Positions 50,278 to 63,930 are shown, numbered from the stretch's first letter. The stretch: 64,000 nt of DNA from Selaginella moellendorffii (GCF_000143415.4 NW_003314425.1:1-64000), one strand, 5' to 3'. Numbers and translations are program-made. The notes: a model not told the origin generated them from the sequence alone.

Positions 50278-50597
50278 GCATCACATTCACGCTGGAGGGA
50301 TCTGGAGCGAAGTGGACAGTGGTCTCACGCATAACTTCTTCAATCCATGGGAAGAGAATGAGAAAAAAATTTGCTTTTCAAGTCATGGAGATTCCTCCAA
50401 GATCGCAGGAAAGATAGAATGCGATCATAGAGGTTCCTCCAAGGAAGACAGAACTCGTGATCTTTCGATGCTTGAACGCTTAATTCCTTCAATCCATGAG
50501 AAGAAAAAATTGGTTTTTTCTCCAGACATTCCTCCAAGATAGAGATTTTAGATAGAAGCGATCATAGATTCTAGATAGAATGCGTGATCTCTAGCGA
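50278..50597 (+). repeat. Degenerate tandem duplications of the LHT-B last codons and 3' UTR
   Basis: gcatcac.ttcacg..ggagggatctggag..gacagtggtctcacgc.taacttcttcaatccat recurs at 50278; ttcctccaagat and tagatagaa(t)gcgatca motifs recur 3-4 times. Confidence 0.8.
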
Positions 50598-50780
50598 ACA
50601 GGAATGTGATAAACCCCTTAAACCCTAATGGCTATTCTTGCTTTTAGACCTAGCAGGGAAAAAGGACTAGGTAATCTTTAGTATGGTAGCAACATTTGAT
50701 TGACTCTTCCATCGTGGCCTGGCTATGGCGGATGGGAGGGAGGAGGAGGAGGAGGAGGAGATTTGCTTCTAGTAGCCACC

Positions 50781-52416
50781 ATGCTCACGGCGATGGTAAG
50801 GAGGAATCTGGGGTCTCGTCCGGTGACGATTGCCGCCCTCTTGCTCACCGCCAGCTGCGCGTGGATCGCCTTTGTCCTCTCCATCGGCAGCATCGCGGAG
50901 CGCAAATCCCATCCCAGCGTGATCGAGCAGCGCCGGATCGTCCACCGCCCCAAAAACAGCACGGTCGATTCCGAGCTCCAGAGCATCGTCTTCGGCATCG
51001 CCGGATCGTCGGGGCTGTGGCCGCGGCGCAGGGAGTTCGTCCGGCTATGGTGGCGCCCGGATGCGATGCGTGGCTTCGTGTGGCTGGAGCGCGAGCCGGA
51101 TCGAGAGGGCGAGGCGATCGATGGGCTCCCGGAGATTCGCGTATCGGAGAACACGCTGGAGAGGCTCCGAGATCCAATCCGGGGCGGAGCTCTCGGGCAC
51201 CCAAATGGCGTCCGGATCGCTCGGATCGTGCTCGAGACGTTCCAGCTAGGGCTGCCCGGATCGATCAAGTGGTTCGTCTTCTGCGACGATGACACGGTCT
51301 TCTCGGTGGAGAATCTCGTGAGAGTTCTTGCCAAGTATGATCCATCGCAGCTCGTCTACATCGGCGCTACCTCGGAGAGCCACGCCCAGAACGTCGCGTT
51401 TAGCTACGACATGGCCTTTGGCGGCGCGGGATTCGCCATTAGCTACCCCCTCGCGGAGGCCATCGCCGGGATCCAGGACGAGTGCCTCCAGCACTACCCT
51501 CAGCTCATCGGCAGCGACGATCGATTGCGGGCTTGCATCGCGGAGCTGGGCGTGCCGCTCACCCGCGAGATTGGATTCCACCAGGTAAGAGAGATAGAAC
51601 TCCTAGAACTCTCTCTCCTAGGGTTTCTCCTCTCGAAATATTTTGGTTTCTTGGAGCTGGCTAGCTAGGGAGCGATCGATGGCGCTGCTGATCGATCGAT
51701 GCCTCTTTTCTTGCAGTGCGATGTCCGCGGCAATGCGATGGGGCTGCTGGCCGCGCATCCCGTGGCGCCGTTCGTGTCGATCCATCACCTCGAGTTCGTG
51801 GATCTCTTCCCCAATGTGGATGCGCTCCAGGGCGCGCGGGCGCTGGCGCGATCGATGCATCTCCACGGCCCGGGGTTCTTGCAGCAGGCGATTTGCTACG
51901 ATCGGCAGCGCCGGCTTACGTTCTCGATCTCCTCCGGCTATGTCGTCCAGGTGTTCCCGGAGATCGTCTTCCCCAAGGTGCTCCAGAAGGCGGAGATTAC
52001 GTTTAGCGCCTGGAATCACAAGCGTCACAGCCGCGAATTCGATCTGGATTCCAGGAACTCCTTCTGGATCTGCAAGCAGCCGTTCTTGTTCTTCGCCGAC
52101 GCCCAGGAGAGGGATCCAGAGGGCCGGATCGAGAGCTACTACCAGCGCTACACATCGAGCAAGATGATGTGCTGGTCGCAAGCCAAGCTGCCAGGGATGA
52201 TCCGCGTCGTGGCCCAGCCACTCCATTCCGATTGGTACAAGGTCTGGAGAATAGGATCTCTCTTTCTTGGATCTTGGATCTATCATTCCCTGCTCTATTC
52301 TTCCTTTCCAGGCGCCGCGCAGGCAATGCTGCCAGATCGGAGACTGGGACGATGGAGAAACCGTGAAAGTGAACATGACGAACTGTCGCCCGGGCGAGAG
52401 CATCGTCCCTTTCTAG
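50781..52416 (+). CDS. DUF604 (GT31/Fringe-like) glycosyltransferase, copy 1
   Basis: IVFGIAGS, RGFVWLE, RIARIVLET, FCDDDTVF, MAFGGAGFAISYPLA, GFHQ|CDVRG and APRRQCC. Confidence 0.9.
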
Positions 52417-52483
52417 GAGGTACTCCATGATCTTTCTCCATTTCCTCCTTTGACGTAGGGTTTTAGGGTAGCGTCGCAAAGGG

Positions 52484-54126
52484 ATGATGCTAGGTCTGAG
52501 CAGGAGGATCGCGCTCTTCCTCAATCTCAATCGAAGAGACTACCGGACGCTGCTCGTGACAGCGTTCTCACTCTCTCTTCTTACCTGCGCCTGGATCGGG
52601 CTTGTCGCCAATTCCTCGCGGGCTCCAACCTTTCCCCTGGACTTTGATCCAATCGATCTGCCTGGGATCGAGCAGGACGAGAGCAGCAGCAGCGGCAGCA
52701 GCGGTAGCGGCAGTGGTAGTACCTTGGCAGTGGATCAGATCGTCTTTGGCATAGCAGGCTCCGCGAGCTTGTGGATCGACCGGAAGGAGCTGGTGAGGCA
52801 GTGGTGGCGGCCGCTACAAATGCGTGGATTCGTGTGGCACGACGATCCAGTGGAGCCAAACTTGTGGGACACTGGCCTCCCGCCTATCCGGATCTCCGAG
52901 GACACCTCGAGGTTCCGGTACACCAATGTGGACGGCTCGCCAGCAGGAATCCGAATCGCCAGGATAGTTCTCGAGACCGTCCGGATGAACTTGACGGGTG
53001 TGGAGTGGCTGGTTCTCTGCGACGACGATACCGTCTTCTCGGTGGACAACCTGGTTCGTGTTCTGGGGACTTTCGACTCGTCCCAGATGTTCTACATCGG
53101 CAGTGTGTCCGAGAGCCATAACCAGAACGTTGCGTTTAGCCACCAGATGGCGTTTGGAGGTGGGGGCATTGCCATCAGCTATCCACTCGCGAAGGCTTTG
53201 GCACGATCGCAGGATAGATGCTTGGAGCACTATCCGCAGCTCACTGGGAGTGACGATCGGCTGTACGCTTGCATTTTGGAGCTCGGTGTCCCACTCACGA
53301 AACACTCGGGTTTCCATCAGGTACAAAAAGTTTCTTTTTCTTGTCTTTTTAATCTCGTCCTTTGCAGATGGATATACGTGGAAACCCGCTGGGATTGCTG
53401 AGTGCTCATCCTATAACACCTTTTGTGTCCATGCATCACATTGAAGCAATGGATCCAGTGTTTCCCGAGCTCTCCCGCCTCGAGAGCTTGCAGCTGCTGA
53501 TCAAGGCAATGACATCGGACTCGTCCAACTTCTTGCAGCAGACGATTGGCTATAACAAGGACAAAGGCTTCACGTTCTCAATCTCGACTGGCTACGTTGT
53601 CCAGGTATTTGATCAGCTAGTTTATCCCAGGGTACTAGAGAAGGCAGAGATTACATTCAAGGCCTGGAACTCGAGGAACGGTCCAACCGAGTTCGATCTG
53701 GACACTCGCAAAGTTAAGCTACCGTCGCCACCGTTCCTCTTCTTCCTCAATAACACCATGAGCAGCGAAGACGGCGGAGTTGTGAGTGAGTACAAGCTCT
53801 ACAGTCCATCTGCCAAGGAATGTAAGAACTACTGCTGGTCGAGGCTACTGCTACCTGGGATGGGCCACTCGAAAGCTCCGGACTTTGACACCATCCGAGT
53901 CGTCACCAGGCCATTGAGCAACAATTGGTTCAAGGTAAATCTCCCGGCCTTTTCTTTCTAGAGTTCTCTAAGATCTCCTCGACAGGTCCCGAGAAGGCAG
54001 TGCTGCCGCTTTGGCGAGGTAGTGAATCAAGTGCTGAGCATCACTATCTTGCCATGCGAGCCAGGTGAAACTGTTGTCAACCGGAGGAATAGCCAGCACC
54101 AAAGTTTTGTCGAAAAGAGGATGTAG
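52484..54126 (+). CDS. DUF604 (GT31/Fringe-like) glycosyltransferase, copy 2 (tandem)
   Basis: Same motifs and same two intron positions as copy 1. Confidence 0.9.
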
Positions 54127-54299
54127 ATTTTGGAGGAACCGGTATGTGAGAAAGGTTTAGGAAGTTTTAGGAGGCTGGAGACACATTTTGTAAAACAAAG
54201 TGGCTCCTTTGCTTGTAACAATTGTCTTTTTTCTTTTATGGACAGCGAAGATTTTTGTACACGAAGAATTAGTATCTCCCGAAGTTTTTGACGAAAGTT

Positions 54300-56001
54300 T
54301 CAGCAGAGTATGAAGAGCTGCTCAGCCAAGAATCGAAGACCAACTTTACCTCCCTGGAAAGCATAGCCATCGCAACGAAGCTCGACGTCCACGCAACAGC
54401 CAGCAGGTACTGATTCTTGGAAAGTTTTGGGATCTACACTTGGTAGATCTAATCGTTCTAAGCTTCCATCTTCTTGCTTCTTCTTGAACAGCTTCGTTGT
54501 GTAGGACGCACTCTCGCCATCTCCACTGGTTCCAATCCTGCAAAGGTGTGATTGATCTCAAAGTTAGAACGATGGAATAATTTTCTTACTTGATGCGCAG
54601 TGCTTCGTCCCCAGTTCCGTTGGCAACCAGCACCGGCTGCCACACAGCAGCGATCCCCATGGAAGTGGACACGTTCTTCACGAGAACCTCGCATTCCTTG
54701 GCGATTGCTAGCAGCTTTGGCGTCGGGACGATGACGATGCTGAAAGTTGGCTTGCCGTCGCTGCTGTAAGCAAATCTGTCGCTCACACTGAACTTGACCC
54801 TGGCGTTTGTCTCGCGAATGCAGAGCTGCTGCGATGCGTGCTGGAGAGTGATCCACTTATCGGGATTGTGCGTGGCGTCTAAAAAGTCCAGGAAGATCTC
54901 GTCTGAACGTAAGAACTTGTCGTTCCTTAAATCCTCGGAAACTCTCTCTTGTTCTGTAGCTTGCTCGATTGTTCTTGTTGTTGTTGCAGATATCATGGTG
55001 GTTTCTTCTCTCGATTCAAGCTTGCTTCCATTCGCATCGTCGTGTTTGATCGCCTCCTCCAGTGACACGGCCAGCAAGTTGAAATTAAAGGCGTCTCCTC
55101 GCAAGCTCGAGAGCCTGGCGCTCTGGCGCCTCTCGGGGACGAGAAAAGGCGAGTTTTGATTTGGAGAGACGATGCTCTCCATTGGGAAGATGTCGGGGAA
55201 GTTGGATTCCTAGATTGATCGAGAAGAAAACACCATGAGAGCTTAGAACTTGCAAGAATGGTGACCTTACCAGGAAGAGTACGGTAGCACACAGCTTTAG
55301 AACCTCGATGTTCATACGGACATCCGCGAGACTCCTGGACGAGAAAGAGAAAGTTAGAAACAAAAAAAAGAGAGAGAGAGATGGGAGTGGATCGCTCTAC
55401 CTGTGTTCTTGCTTGCCAAGCCCGAAATAAGATGCTAGAGTTGCCATCTAAAGGCAGCTTGGAATCGATCATCCACAAGAGCAAAGCAAAACATACCTTG
55501 AGATTTCCAGCTCTCTGGCCAAAGCTTTTTCGCAGCAATGGAAATGTATCAATGTGGCCAGCGGCTTCCGGCCCAGCCCTTCCAATGCTCGCGAAAGCCT
55601 CCTTGATCCGGAGATTGTCAAAGCGCAAGATGTTATGCCCCGCCCACACGCGCCCTGATCGATCAATCGGCCAAGAAATCACCAAAATATCCATCAAGAA
55701 GCTCACCGTGAAGCAGAGCATGGACGCGATCGGCGATCTCCAGGAACGATGGAGCTCCGACGAGGCTGTCCTGGACGATCCCATTGCAGGAGACGCTCCT
55801 GGGACTGACCAGGGCTAGGGATGAGGGGCGGACGAGCGTGGTGAAGGAATCGAGCTCCTCCAGCCCCCTGGCCGACACCACCACAGCGCCAAACTCGAGG
55901 ATCTCGTAGCCTTGGCCCTTCACCTCCGGCACCGTCGTCTCAACATCGTAGAAGACGATCTCCATCGCCGCCCTGGCGCCTTCTTCCTCTACCGCCGCCA
56001 T
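54300..56001 (-). CDS. NEN: NEN-type DEDDh 3'-5' exonuclease-domain protein
   Basis: IVFYDVETTVP..ILEFGA, VWAGHNILRFD, RAGNLK, HRSLADVRMNIEVLKLCATVLFL. Confidence 0.85.
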
Positions 56002-56056
56002 AGCTCCAACTTAAAAGCTAAATGGTTGATCCTGTCACAAACCTCGAATATTCCCC

Positions 56057-56132
56057 TTATAGCGTGATTACGTGTCACTATGACGTGAGACTATGAAGTG
56101 CCACGTAATAATGACACGTAAGCACGCTATAA
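56057..56132. promoter_or_regulatory. Palindromic bidirectional promoter core with ABRE/G-box motifs and TATA-like ends
   Basis: 31-bp inverted arms (3 mismatches); ACGTGTC at 56070, GCCACGT at 56100, GACACGT at 56113; CTATAA on each strand. Confidence 0.65.
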
Positions 56133-56238
56133 ATGGTAAATAAGTAAACTGACTACATACCTTGGTCATTAAAAAGGTATTTTAAAAAGTAACTTTCCTT
56201 TACCTTTAATTCAAACTGTTCTAGGTTATAGAGAAGAG

Positions 56239-58122
56239 ATGGAGGAGCAGCCAGTGCCCGCGAGGAGCGTTCTCTATGCGTGGGGCTACAATCAATGCGG
56301 CCAGGCAGGGCAAGAATCGGCAATCCACAGCGCGGTGCCGCATCCCATCAGAGTCGCGATCCATCCATCGTCGCTTCGACTCATCGCCATTTCTTGCGGC
56401 CTCGAGCACACTGCCGCCATCGCCTCGGATGGATCCCTCTTTACCTGGGGTGAGTTTCTTTCTTTCTTTCGTTCCATCCTTAGAACCGGGATGAACTAGC
56501 GTAGGATCCAATCAATTCGGGCAACTCGGCGATGGATCTGAGACAAACTCCGATCGGCCGAAAAGAGTCTATGGATTGCGAGACGAGGCTGTCAAGTCGG
56601 TTGCTTGTGGAGCCAATTGCACTGCCGCCATCGCTGATTCTAGAGATGGAACTTGTCGTGGTAGGATGTGGATTTGGGGACAAAACCAGGTAACTCTTTT
56701 GTTCTTTCGCATTCTTTTGCTCATTGGTTCTTCCTCTCTTTTTCTTTTGCCAGGGATCAAATTCGCCTCGACTGTTCTCTGGAGTATTCTCATCTAGCAC
56801 AGTAAAGTTCTCTTTTTTGTTTTGTTCTTCATGGAAGTTTTCATTTCATCGCTATCTCAGGTGGTCATTCAAGTAGCCTGTGGAGGAGCACACGCCGCAG
56901 CTCTTTCAGAGCACGGTGTTCTTCAAACGTGGGGTACTTCTCTACCACCTTCCTTCCATTTTTTTCCTTGGTTTGCTCTTTAGTTCTATCTATCATTTGC
57001 CAGTGGGGATTGACACAGTTCTAGATTTGTTTTTGTGCTTGCCTTGGCATCGCGGATTTCCTTGAACAGGATACAATGAGCATGGCCAACTCGGCCGAGG
57101 GATCAGCTGCGAGGGGCTCCAAGGAGCAAAAATTGTCACCTCTTTCGTTAAGTTCCTCAACGAGCCGGTTGAAACTGTCAAAGTGAAGCAAGTGGTGTGT
57201 GGCGAGTATCACACAGCAGCGATTGCACACAATGGCGATGTGTAAGTTGTGCTCTTGCCGGATTGAGAGATGGGAACTTTCAGGGAGTGAGCGATCTTTT
57301 TTTTACTCTTGTTTACTGTTCTTTCTTCTTTCGATCGTTTATAGCTAATGGTTTTTGCAACTTTCCTGTAGATACACCTGGGGACTGGGATCTTCCGGAC
57401 AACTTGGTCACAGAAGTTTGCAATCCGGTAACAAGGAAGTTTTTCCGAGAAGAGTGGTGACGCTGGAAGGCGTGGATGTCGTCCAGATATCTGCCGGTGG
57501 AGTCCACTCCTGCGCGATCTCCTCTGCCGGAGGACTATATATGTGGGGTGGAAGTCACGCAGGACAACTTGGTCTGGGGCCCCGGCAAGATCGCATCTGC
57601 GGCACTAGTGACATCGACTTTTTCTTCCAGCGGATTCCGGTTCTAGTGATCCCATCCGGTGCTCGCTCAGCAACTTGTGGAGATCTGCACACTCTCGTCC
57701 GGATGGCGAATGGCCGGCTGCTTGGCTGCGGCTACAACAGCTATGGACAGGCAGATTCTGGCAAAGCATATTATGCCTGGTATCCTTCTCCAATCGACTG
57801 GTAAGTTTTACAAAGCAAGCTTTCTTCCAAGCGAGAAAAGCTTTGGTGTGTTCTTCCAGGTGTGTTGGAGAGATTACGTGCTTAGCTGCTGGAGGTGGTC
57901 ACTCTGCGGTGCTTACACAGGCATCCAACTTGAAAGAGATTTGTGAGCTCAAGCTCGTCGATTATGTTACAGCTTCCACCGCCTCGACCATTGCGGATAT
58001 TGCATCGAGGATGAGCTGTGACTCGTTAGCTCGGTTTTGTCTAACATTCCGGTAACTCTAAATTGGTGTTCTTCGTTGTTCTTTAAACTTGGTGTGCTCT
58101 GAACAGGGATCACTGGGTGTAA
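56239..58122 (+). CDS. RCC1-repeat (beta-propeller) protein
   Basis: Repeated motifs YAWGYNQCGQ, SCGLEHT, ACGEEHT, WGLGSSGQLG, SAGGVHS and AAGGGHS. Confidence 0.9.
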
Positions 58123-58442
58123 CTTAATGGACTTGACAAAGCCAGGGACGAGTTCTTCATATCCAATAGTGATTTTTTTACCACGATTGATTAAATGCTG
58201 TAGTCCCAGCTACACAGGCATATATAACTTACGGCACACTGCACAGTATGTACACTAGCTTTACTTTAATATCAGCTGCTTGAATCAATCCCTCATCTAT
58301 TTCAGTCGCCATTGCGTTGTTCATGTTGTCGTCGAGTTTCCTTCAATGCTATCCTTCTATAGCGACTGCTGCAAGTAGATCCACGAAAAATTACAATCTG
58401 AGAAGAAAAAAAAAACGATTTTGCATTATCGCTTTACCTGTT

Positions 58443-59969
58443 TCATCTTGCACGAGAGGCGATGCTTGTTAAGCTGGTCCCGGCATCGAGCTGTGCAATA
58501 GCAGTGTCAAGATAAACCAGCGAGAGAAAAAAAGAGAGAAGAAGATGACAGAACTTACCAGCATCCGCATATCGCTCCTCCACCACAGCCATGAGCATGT
58601 CCTTCATTAGAGTGATCTCTTCCGCGATTGGATCATGAGCGTCATCAGGACTACACAAAAACAATTTTTTTTTTCGTTTTCGCAAGAAAACGAGAACGAA
58701 CCTATCAAGATAGGAAGACTTTCGGCTCCTCTCGCCAGTGGTGTCCCAGGGCACGGGAGTCGAGTAGACTGGCCTCACGGCATCACTTTCGACTATAGAC
58801 TTGTTCACGAAGATTGGAATCTGCTTGGGAACTTGTCAGGCAAGAACCGGGCTGGAAATGGTCACAAACCTTGCTTCTTACAGCGAAGTTGATCGCGTCC
58901 GAAGGCCTGGCGTCTACGCTAGTGAGCGCTTTCTTGCCATCCTGTAGTCATCGCGTGATATCAGGCTTGGCTTCTTTCCTGAGAAGAAAGCTATGCTTAC
59001 TTGGCCAAAGTAAATGCGGGCATAGTATGTGTCCCTGACTCGCTCAGTGATCCTGACCATTTTTGCCTGGTCCAAGAAGACCGTGTGAAAAAAAGAAGAA
59101 AACAAGAATTGAATGTGCATTCACCTCGAAGTCTAGCGCACCAACAATCTGTCTCAGCAATTGATAATGGTTTGGACGGCCCTGCGAAACGTATGGAGAC
59201 GAAGCACGATGAAAATGGATCATAACTTCGCAATTTACGTTACCGATTTCTCTTCGTCATGGAGTGCTTTCATGAGCATGGTCACGGCCGTTTCGCCTGA
59301 GGAAAACCAGTGTCAAAGCACCGCCAGAAGAACAAAGTAGGAAAAAGAAGCTCTTTCTTTGCGCAACGTACCTACAATAATTGGGAGCAGGACGTCCGAG
59401 TCGCTGAGAACCTTGAGAAAAATGGCTGGATTCCTCGCTCTGTACAAAAGCCTGCCTTTGGAAGGATGGACGTGATTGACCTCAACTTCTCTTCCACTGG
59501 ACAGAGTCATGAACAATCGTCCGTGTAGTGGCAGCATACTCACTGCAAAGAAAGAAAAAAGAAGGAACCAAACCATGTCAATCGAAACAATGAGAGGAAA
59601 AAGGCGAAAAGGGGGAACAAGGGGAAAAAAAAAAAAGAAGAAGCACTCACCAGCATCCACGACCTGCGCTTGCAAATAATCCTCGGCTGGAGCTTCTTGG
59701 AACTCGTCCTCCTCGCCCCCATCCTTGCCGGGCTTGCTGGACCAGCTGCTGCTACTGCTACAAACCACCAGCGATTGACGTTGCTGCCGGCAGGTGATCC
59801 CTCCGCGAGCATTCCCCACTCTTAACCCTAGCCAGCAGCTCCGGATTCTCTGGACGCGCAATCTGCCATAGACAGCGCTCGACCCCGGCTCGGCCGCCGC
59901 TGCCGCCAGCATCGCTGCCGCGCCGATCGACTTCCTGGCAGCCGAGCAGTCCATCACCACGGCGGCCAT
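58443..59969 (-). CDS. Bifunctional nuclease (BBD/BFN, DUF151 domain with C-terminal UVR-like motif); last exon uncertain
   Basis: PAIFLKV..LLPIIVG, VRITERVRDTYYARIYF, DARPSDAINFA and LMAVVEERYADA. Confidence 0.85.
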
Positions 59970-60487
59970 TGCGCGCCCAGCGAGGGGATTGGATCTTCGC
60001 CTCTCGGCGCCTCTCGAGCCCTCTCCTCTCTTGATCTTCTACCAAAAAATGCCGCTATCTAGATTATCCTATCCATCTCTATAGAGCCAGAAAATATCAT
60101 CATATAGTATCTATCGGGGCTATGCCCTATACTTATCTTCCTTTATGTATAAAAGATTACTTTCACCCAAAGGTAACAAATTACATTGTAATACGTATAT
60201 TTTTCATCTTATCTTTAGAAATACTTGTATTCAATCATTCTAACCATGGTAAATACGGTTTGTACTATTCCTCGTAAAAGCAGAAATAATTTTTTATTAA
60301 AAAAAAAAAAGAGATAAAGAAGCAGAAAAATCCCTTGAATGTCATTGGAGATGAATCCTTCCTCTGAATGTCATTGGAGATCGATCCTTGTTTGTGAACT
60401 ATGGCCAGCAATGAAGGACTCCAATCAAAGTCAACAAAGTCAAATAGCTCACGTTTTTGTTGACTTGGATTGGAATCCTCTATTACA

Positions 60488-63391
60488 ATGGAATTTGCGA
60501 GCTGTGTGGCGGTTCCACTAGCGAGAATGGGCATCGATGCTCTCCAGAAGGTTTGGTGTTGGGATGCAAACCTCGGAGTTCTCGAGCACAGGGCCGCCAA
60601 CATCAATGCTAAGATCGACGCATTTGATGCTCCCAAGCACACCAATCCAGGATTCAAGTTCTCGGACGCAGCGGAGGAGTGCTTGGATCGCATCAAGGCT
60701 TGGAATCACAAAGCCCAAGAGCTGCTGGTCGCCAGGAGGAACATCTGGAACCCCAAAGTACGGTAAGAGTCGAGATAAGTGCTCTTTAGTTTTGCGATTG
60801 AATTACCATTGATGAAATTGCAAAGGTACGAGAGATATGGTGCGATCGACGAAGCCATTCGTCTCTACGATGATCTTCTCTCCCAAATCGAGAGCTACGA
60901 ACGAGAGCTGGAATTGGTAAAGCGCAGTTCCAGCTATGCCGTACGGACTTCTCCGCATGACAAGGGTGTTGCGAGAACTTATGTACGGCGCGTGGTTCCT
61001 GAGACCATCTTTGGCGGCGTGATGCTAGATGAGGTGGTGAAGATCCTCCTCGCGGATAATTCTCATGACATGTGTGTGGGAGTTTTGGGGATGGGTGGAT
61101 GTGGAAAGACCACTCTTGCAAGCTGCGTCCACAATGATCCAAGGATCAGGGAGTACTTTCAGGACAACATTGTCTGGTTCACAGTGGCCAAGGATGCTTG
61201 TGAGGATAGTCTCAAGAGCCAAGTTATCCATGCCCTGGAATGGGGTGACAAGCTTGACATGGTGAAAGCTTGTAATAAGCTTGAGGATATGAAACACTTT
61301 GCAAGGGAGGTTTGTGGTGGGAGAAAAGTTCTTCTGATCCTGGACGATGTGTGGCAAGCTAATCTTGCAAGGAACTTCATTGATTTCGTGGATCAAAAGT
61401 CTTCATCTCGGGTGCTTGTGACGACCAGGAAGGAAGATGTTATAAAGAAGCTCCAGGCCAGAGTTATCAAGGTCCGTTTGCTGCCGGAGGGTGAAAGCAA
61501 GGAGATGTTTTGGAGGTTCGCATTCGGACCTCGATCAGGATCAGGAAGCTCGCATAAGTTTGAAGATCGTCACCGCGTTGAAAAGGTGGCGGAGAGAATC
61601 GCTCGAAAGTGTGAGGGCCTCCCTCTAGCTCTTGAAGTCGTTGGCAGTGCCATGGCTGTTTACAGAGACCACGGGTCCCGAGTTTGGAAAGAACGTTACC
61701 GACAGTTGCACTTGTCCAACGACGATGATCTCGAGAAACTCATGTTCAAGCGCTTGAAGTTTAGCTACGACGAGCTGGGAAACAACGATGATAAGTTGCA
61801 AGAGTGCTTCCTTTACGTGGCTGCGTTTCCAGAAGATGCCAGGATAGATTTCGAAGACTTGATCAAGTGTTGGATAGCAAGCAACTCACAGCTCTCCTTC
61901 AAGGAGATTGCGAAAGAACTGGACCGAAGATCGATGATCAAGGTGGTGAATGATGCAGATGACAATCCGCTATACATCACGGTTCATGACATGCTACGCA
62001 AACTTTGCATTAGAGTTCTGAAGGGAAAGTTCCATTCTCAAGCGCAGCACGAAGAGAAATGCTTCTTTGGACATGAGTGGAAACCAGGCATGGACGAGAG
62101 GGCCAACAAAGTCTCCTTTATCTCCAAGAATGTTCGAAGCCTGCCATCAAACTTATCTGTAAGAGACATGGTCTTGCTCGATGGGAACAACAGGTTTAGC
62201 GTTTTGGACGAAGACTTGATAGACCGGATCAAGGAACTTAAGGGACTAAGCTTGAAGGGAACAAAGGTGGAATTCATTCCACCAGGGATCTCCAAGCTCA
62301 CGAGGCTTGAAATGCTCGATCTTAGAAACACGTGGATAAACCACATTCCAGTCGAGATCATGGAGATAGAATCACTCCAATACTTGAAATGCGACAGCAA
62401 GGTCAGGAACTTTGGTTTCGATATGCTCTACAAGCTCTCAAACTTGAAAGAGCTGACAATCCACGCGAGTGACACAGAGGTGGTGGACTTAACAGGGATT
62501 TCCAGCGCCACACATCTGCGGTATTTGGAGATGATAGGCTCGTCCAGCGGCTTGATCATACTCTCGGAAGGATTCACGGCTTTGGAGCATCTCGAGACAT
62601 TGTTTTTGGTGTCCAGGAACATCGAGTTTCGGCGAGTTTCTGCTGGATCTGGACGCTTCAAGGAGCTGATGCGATGCCACATCAGTTGCAAGTCGAGTAG
62701 AGGAGCTCGCTGGAGCAGCCTGTTCAAAGGATCACTCAATCTGCAAGTCTTTCGAATCACGGGAGTGGAAGAAGATGAAACACACGATGAAGGTTTCACG
62801 TGGATCGAGAAGTGTCATGGGCTTCGAGTTTTTGACCTTTACAACCACAAGATCAAGAATCTCTCCCGTCTCCATCGATTGAAACGTCTCGAAGAACTCC
62901 ACCTTATCTGCGATGGCGTTGCGTGCCAGCAGCTAGCTCCGCCAGGTTCTTTCCCAAACTTGAAAGAGCTCAAACTCGACTCTTTCCCGGAATCGCTGCA
63001 GCTGGATCCCAACTTCATCACTTCATCCGCCATGGAAAACTTGAAAACTCTGCACTTGAGCTTCGCCACTCCTCGCGATCACTTGCCTCTCTTTGTCACG
63101 AGTCTCCCAAGCCTCAAGTTCTTGACTGTCGAGGGCTACATGAGAAGCCTTGTGTCCACCACCATCACCTCGTTTCCAAGTAGCCTCCAAGAGCTACACC
63201 TCTACTCTTACGAGCAGCTGCCGGATGATTTCTTTGCGATCCAAGCCAAGCTCATTACCGTGCAGTGCTTACTTCTAAGCAGCCAACAAGGAAAAGATAG
63301 AGGAAATTGGCAGAAAATCCCGGCATCCATCTCTTTGCTTCCCTGTGTTTCATCGCTTGATACTGACGTGGGACATGCTTCAAGACCTTAG
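60488..63391 (+). CDS. NLR immune receptor (helical CC/RPW8-like N-terminus, NB-ARC, LRR)
   Basis: P-loop GMGGCGKTT, kinase-2 LLILDDVW, RNBS-B SRVLVTTR, GLPLAL, VHD and LxxLxLxx repeats; one intron after ~60762. Confidence 0.92.
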
Positions 63392-63930
63392 AAGTGAGCT
63401 TTGGAGCCGCCATGCCCAACATTCTGAAAACATACAGCTATTGTAAATTTAGAAATATGTTAAATTTTTTTGGTTTAGGATAAAGTATTTTTCTCATTCA
63501 TTAAACATTTTTATAAATTAGATTTTTTTAAAAAAATAAATAACCAAAACTTTGTGGCGACCATGAAATTGAGAATGGATGAAAATGGATTTTCAGGTTC
63601 CTATAATAACAAAAAATGTACAATAATGTTAATATCATAAGTGTAAAAAGTTAAAATAAACTTTTATGAATTTCTATAGCTTATTTAGTTTATACGAGTA
63701 TTAACTTTTACAATTATTGTTTAATTAACATAAATTAATAAATCCTGCCTAGAATGTCCAAAGAATATCCCCCCTAAAATACAAACAGCCGTTGCGCAGC
63801 GAAACTAGCCGTTCTCATCCTAAAGCCCTAAATTTCCATCTCTCGCCCTCTGCTCTCACGAATGCGATCGATCCATCCAGGCGGCGGCGGCGGAGGAGGG
63901 TCGCGGCAGTAAAGAAGAAGAAGATCGATC

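Noticed and set aside
50696-53444. Numerous overlapping ORFs across the DUF604 genes
   Set aside because: Shadow ORFs of GC-rich coding exons
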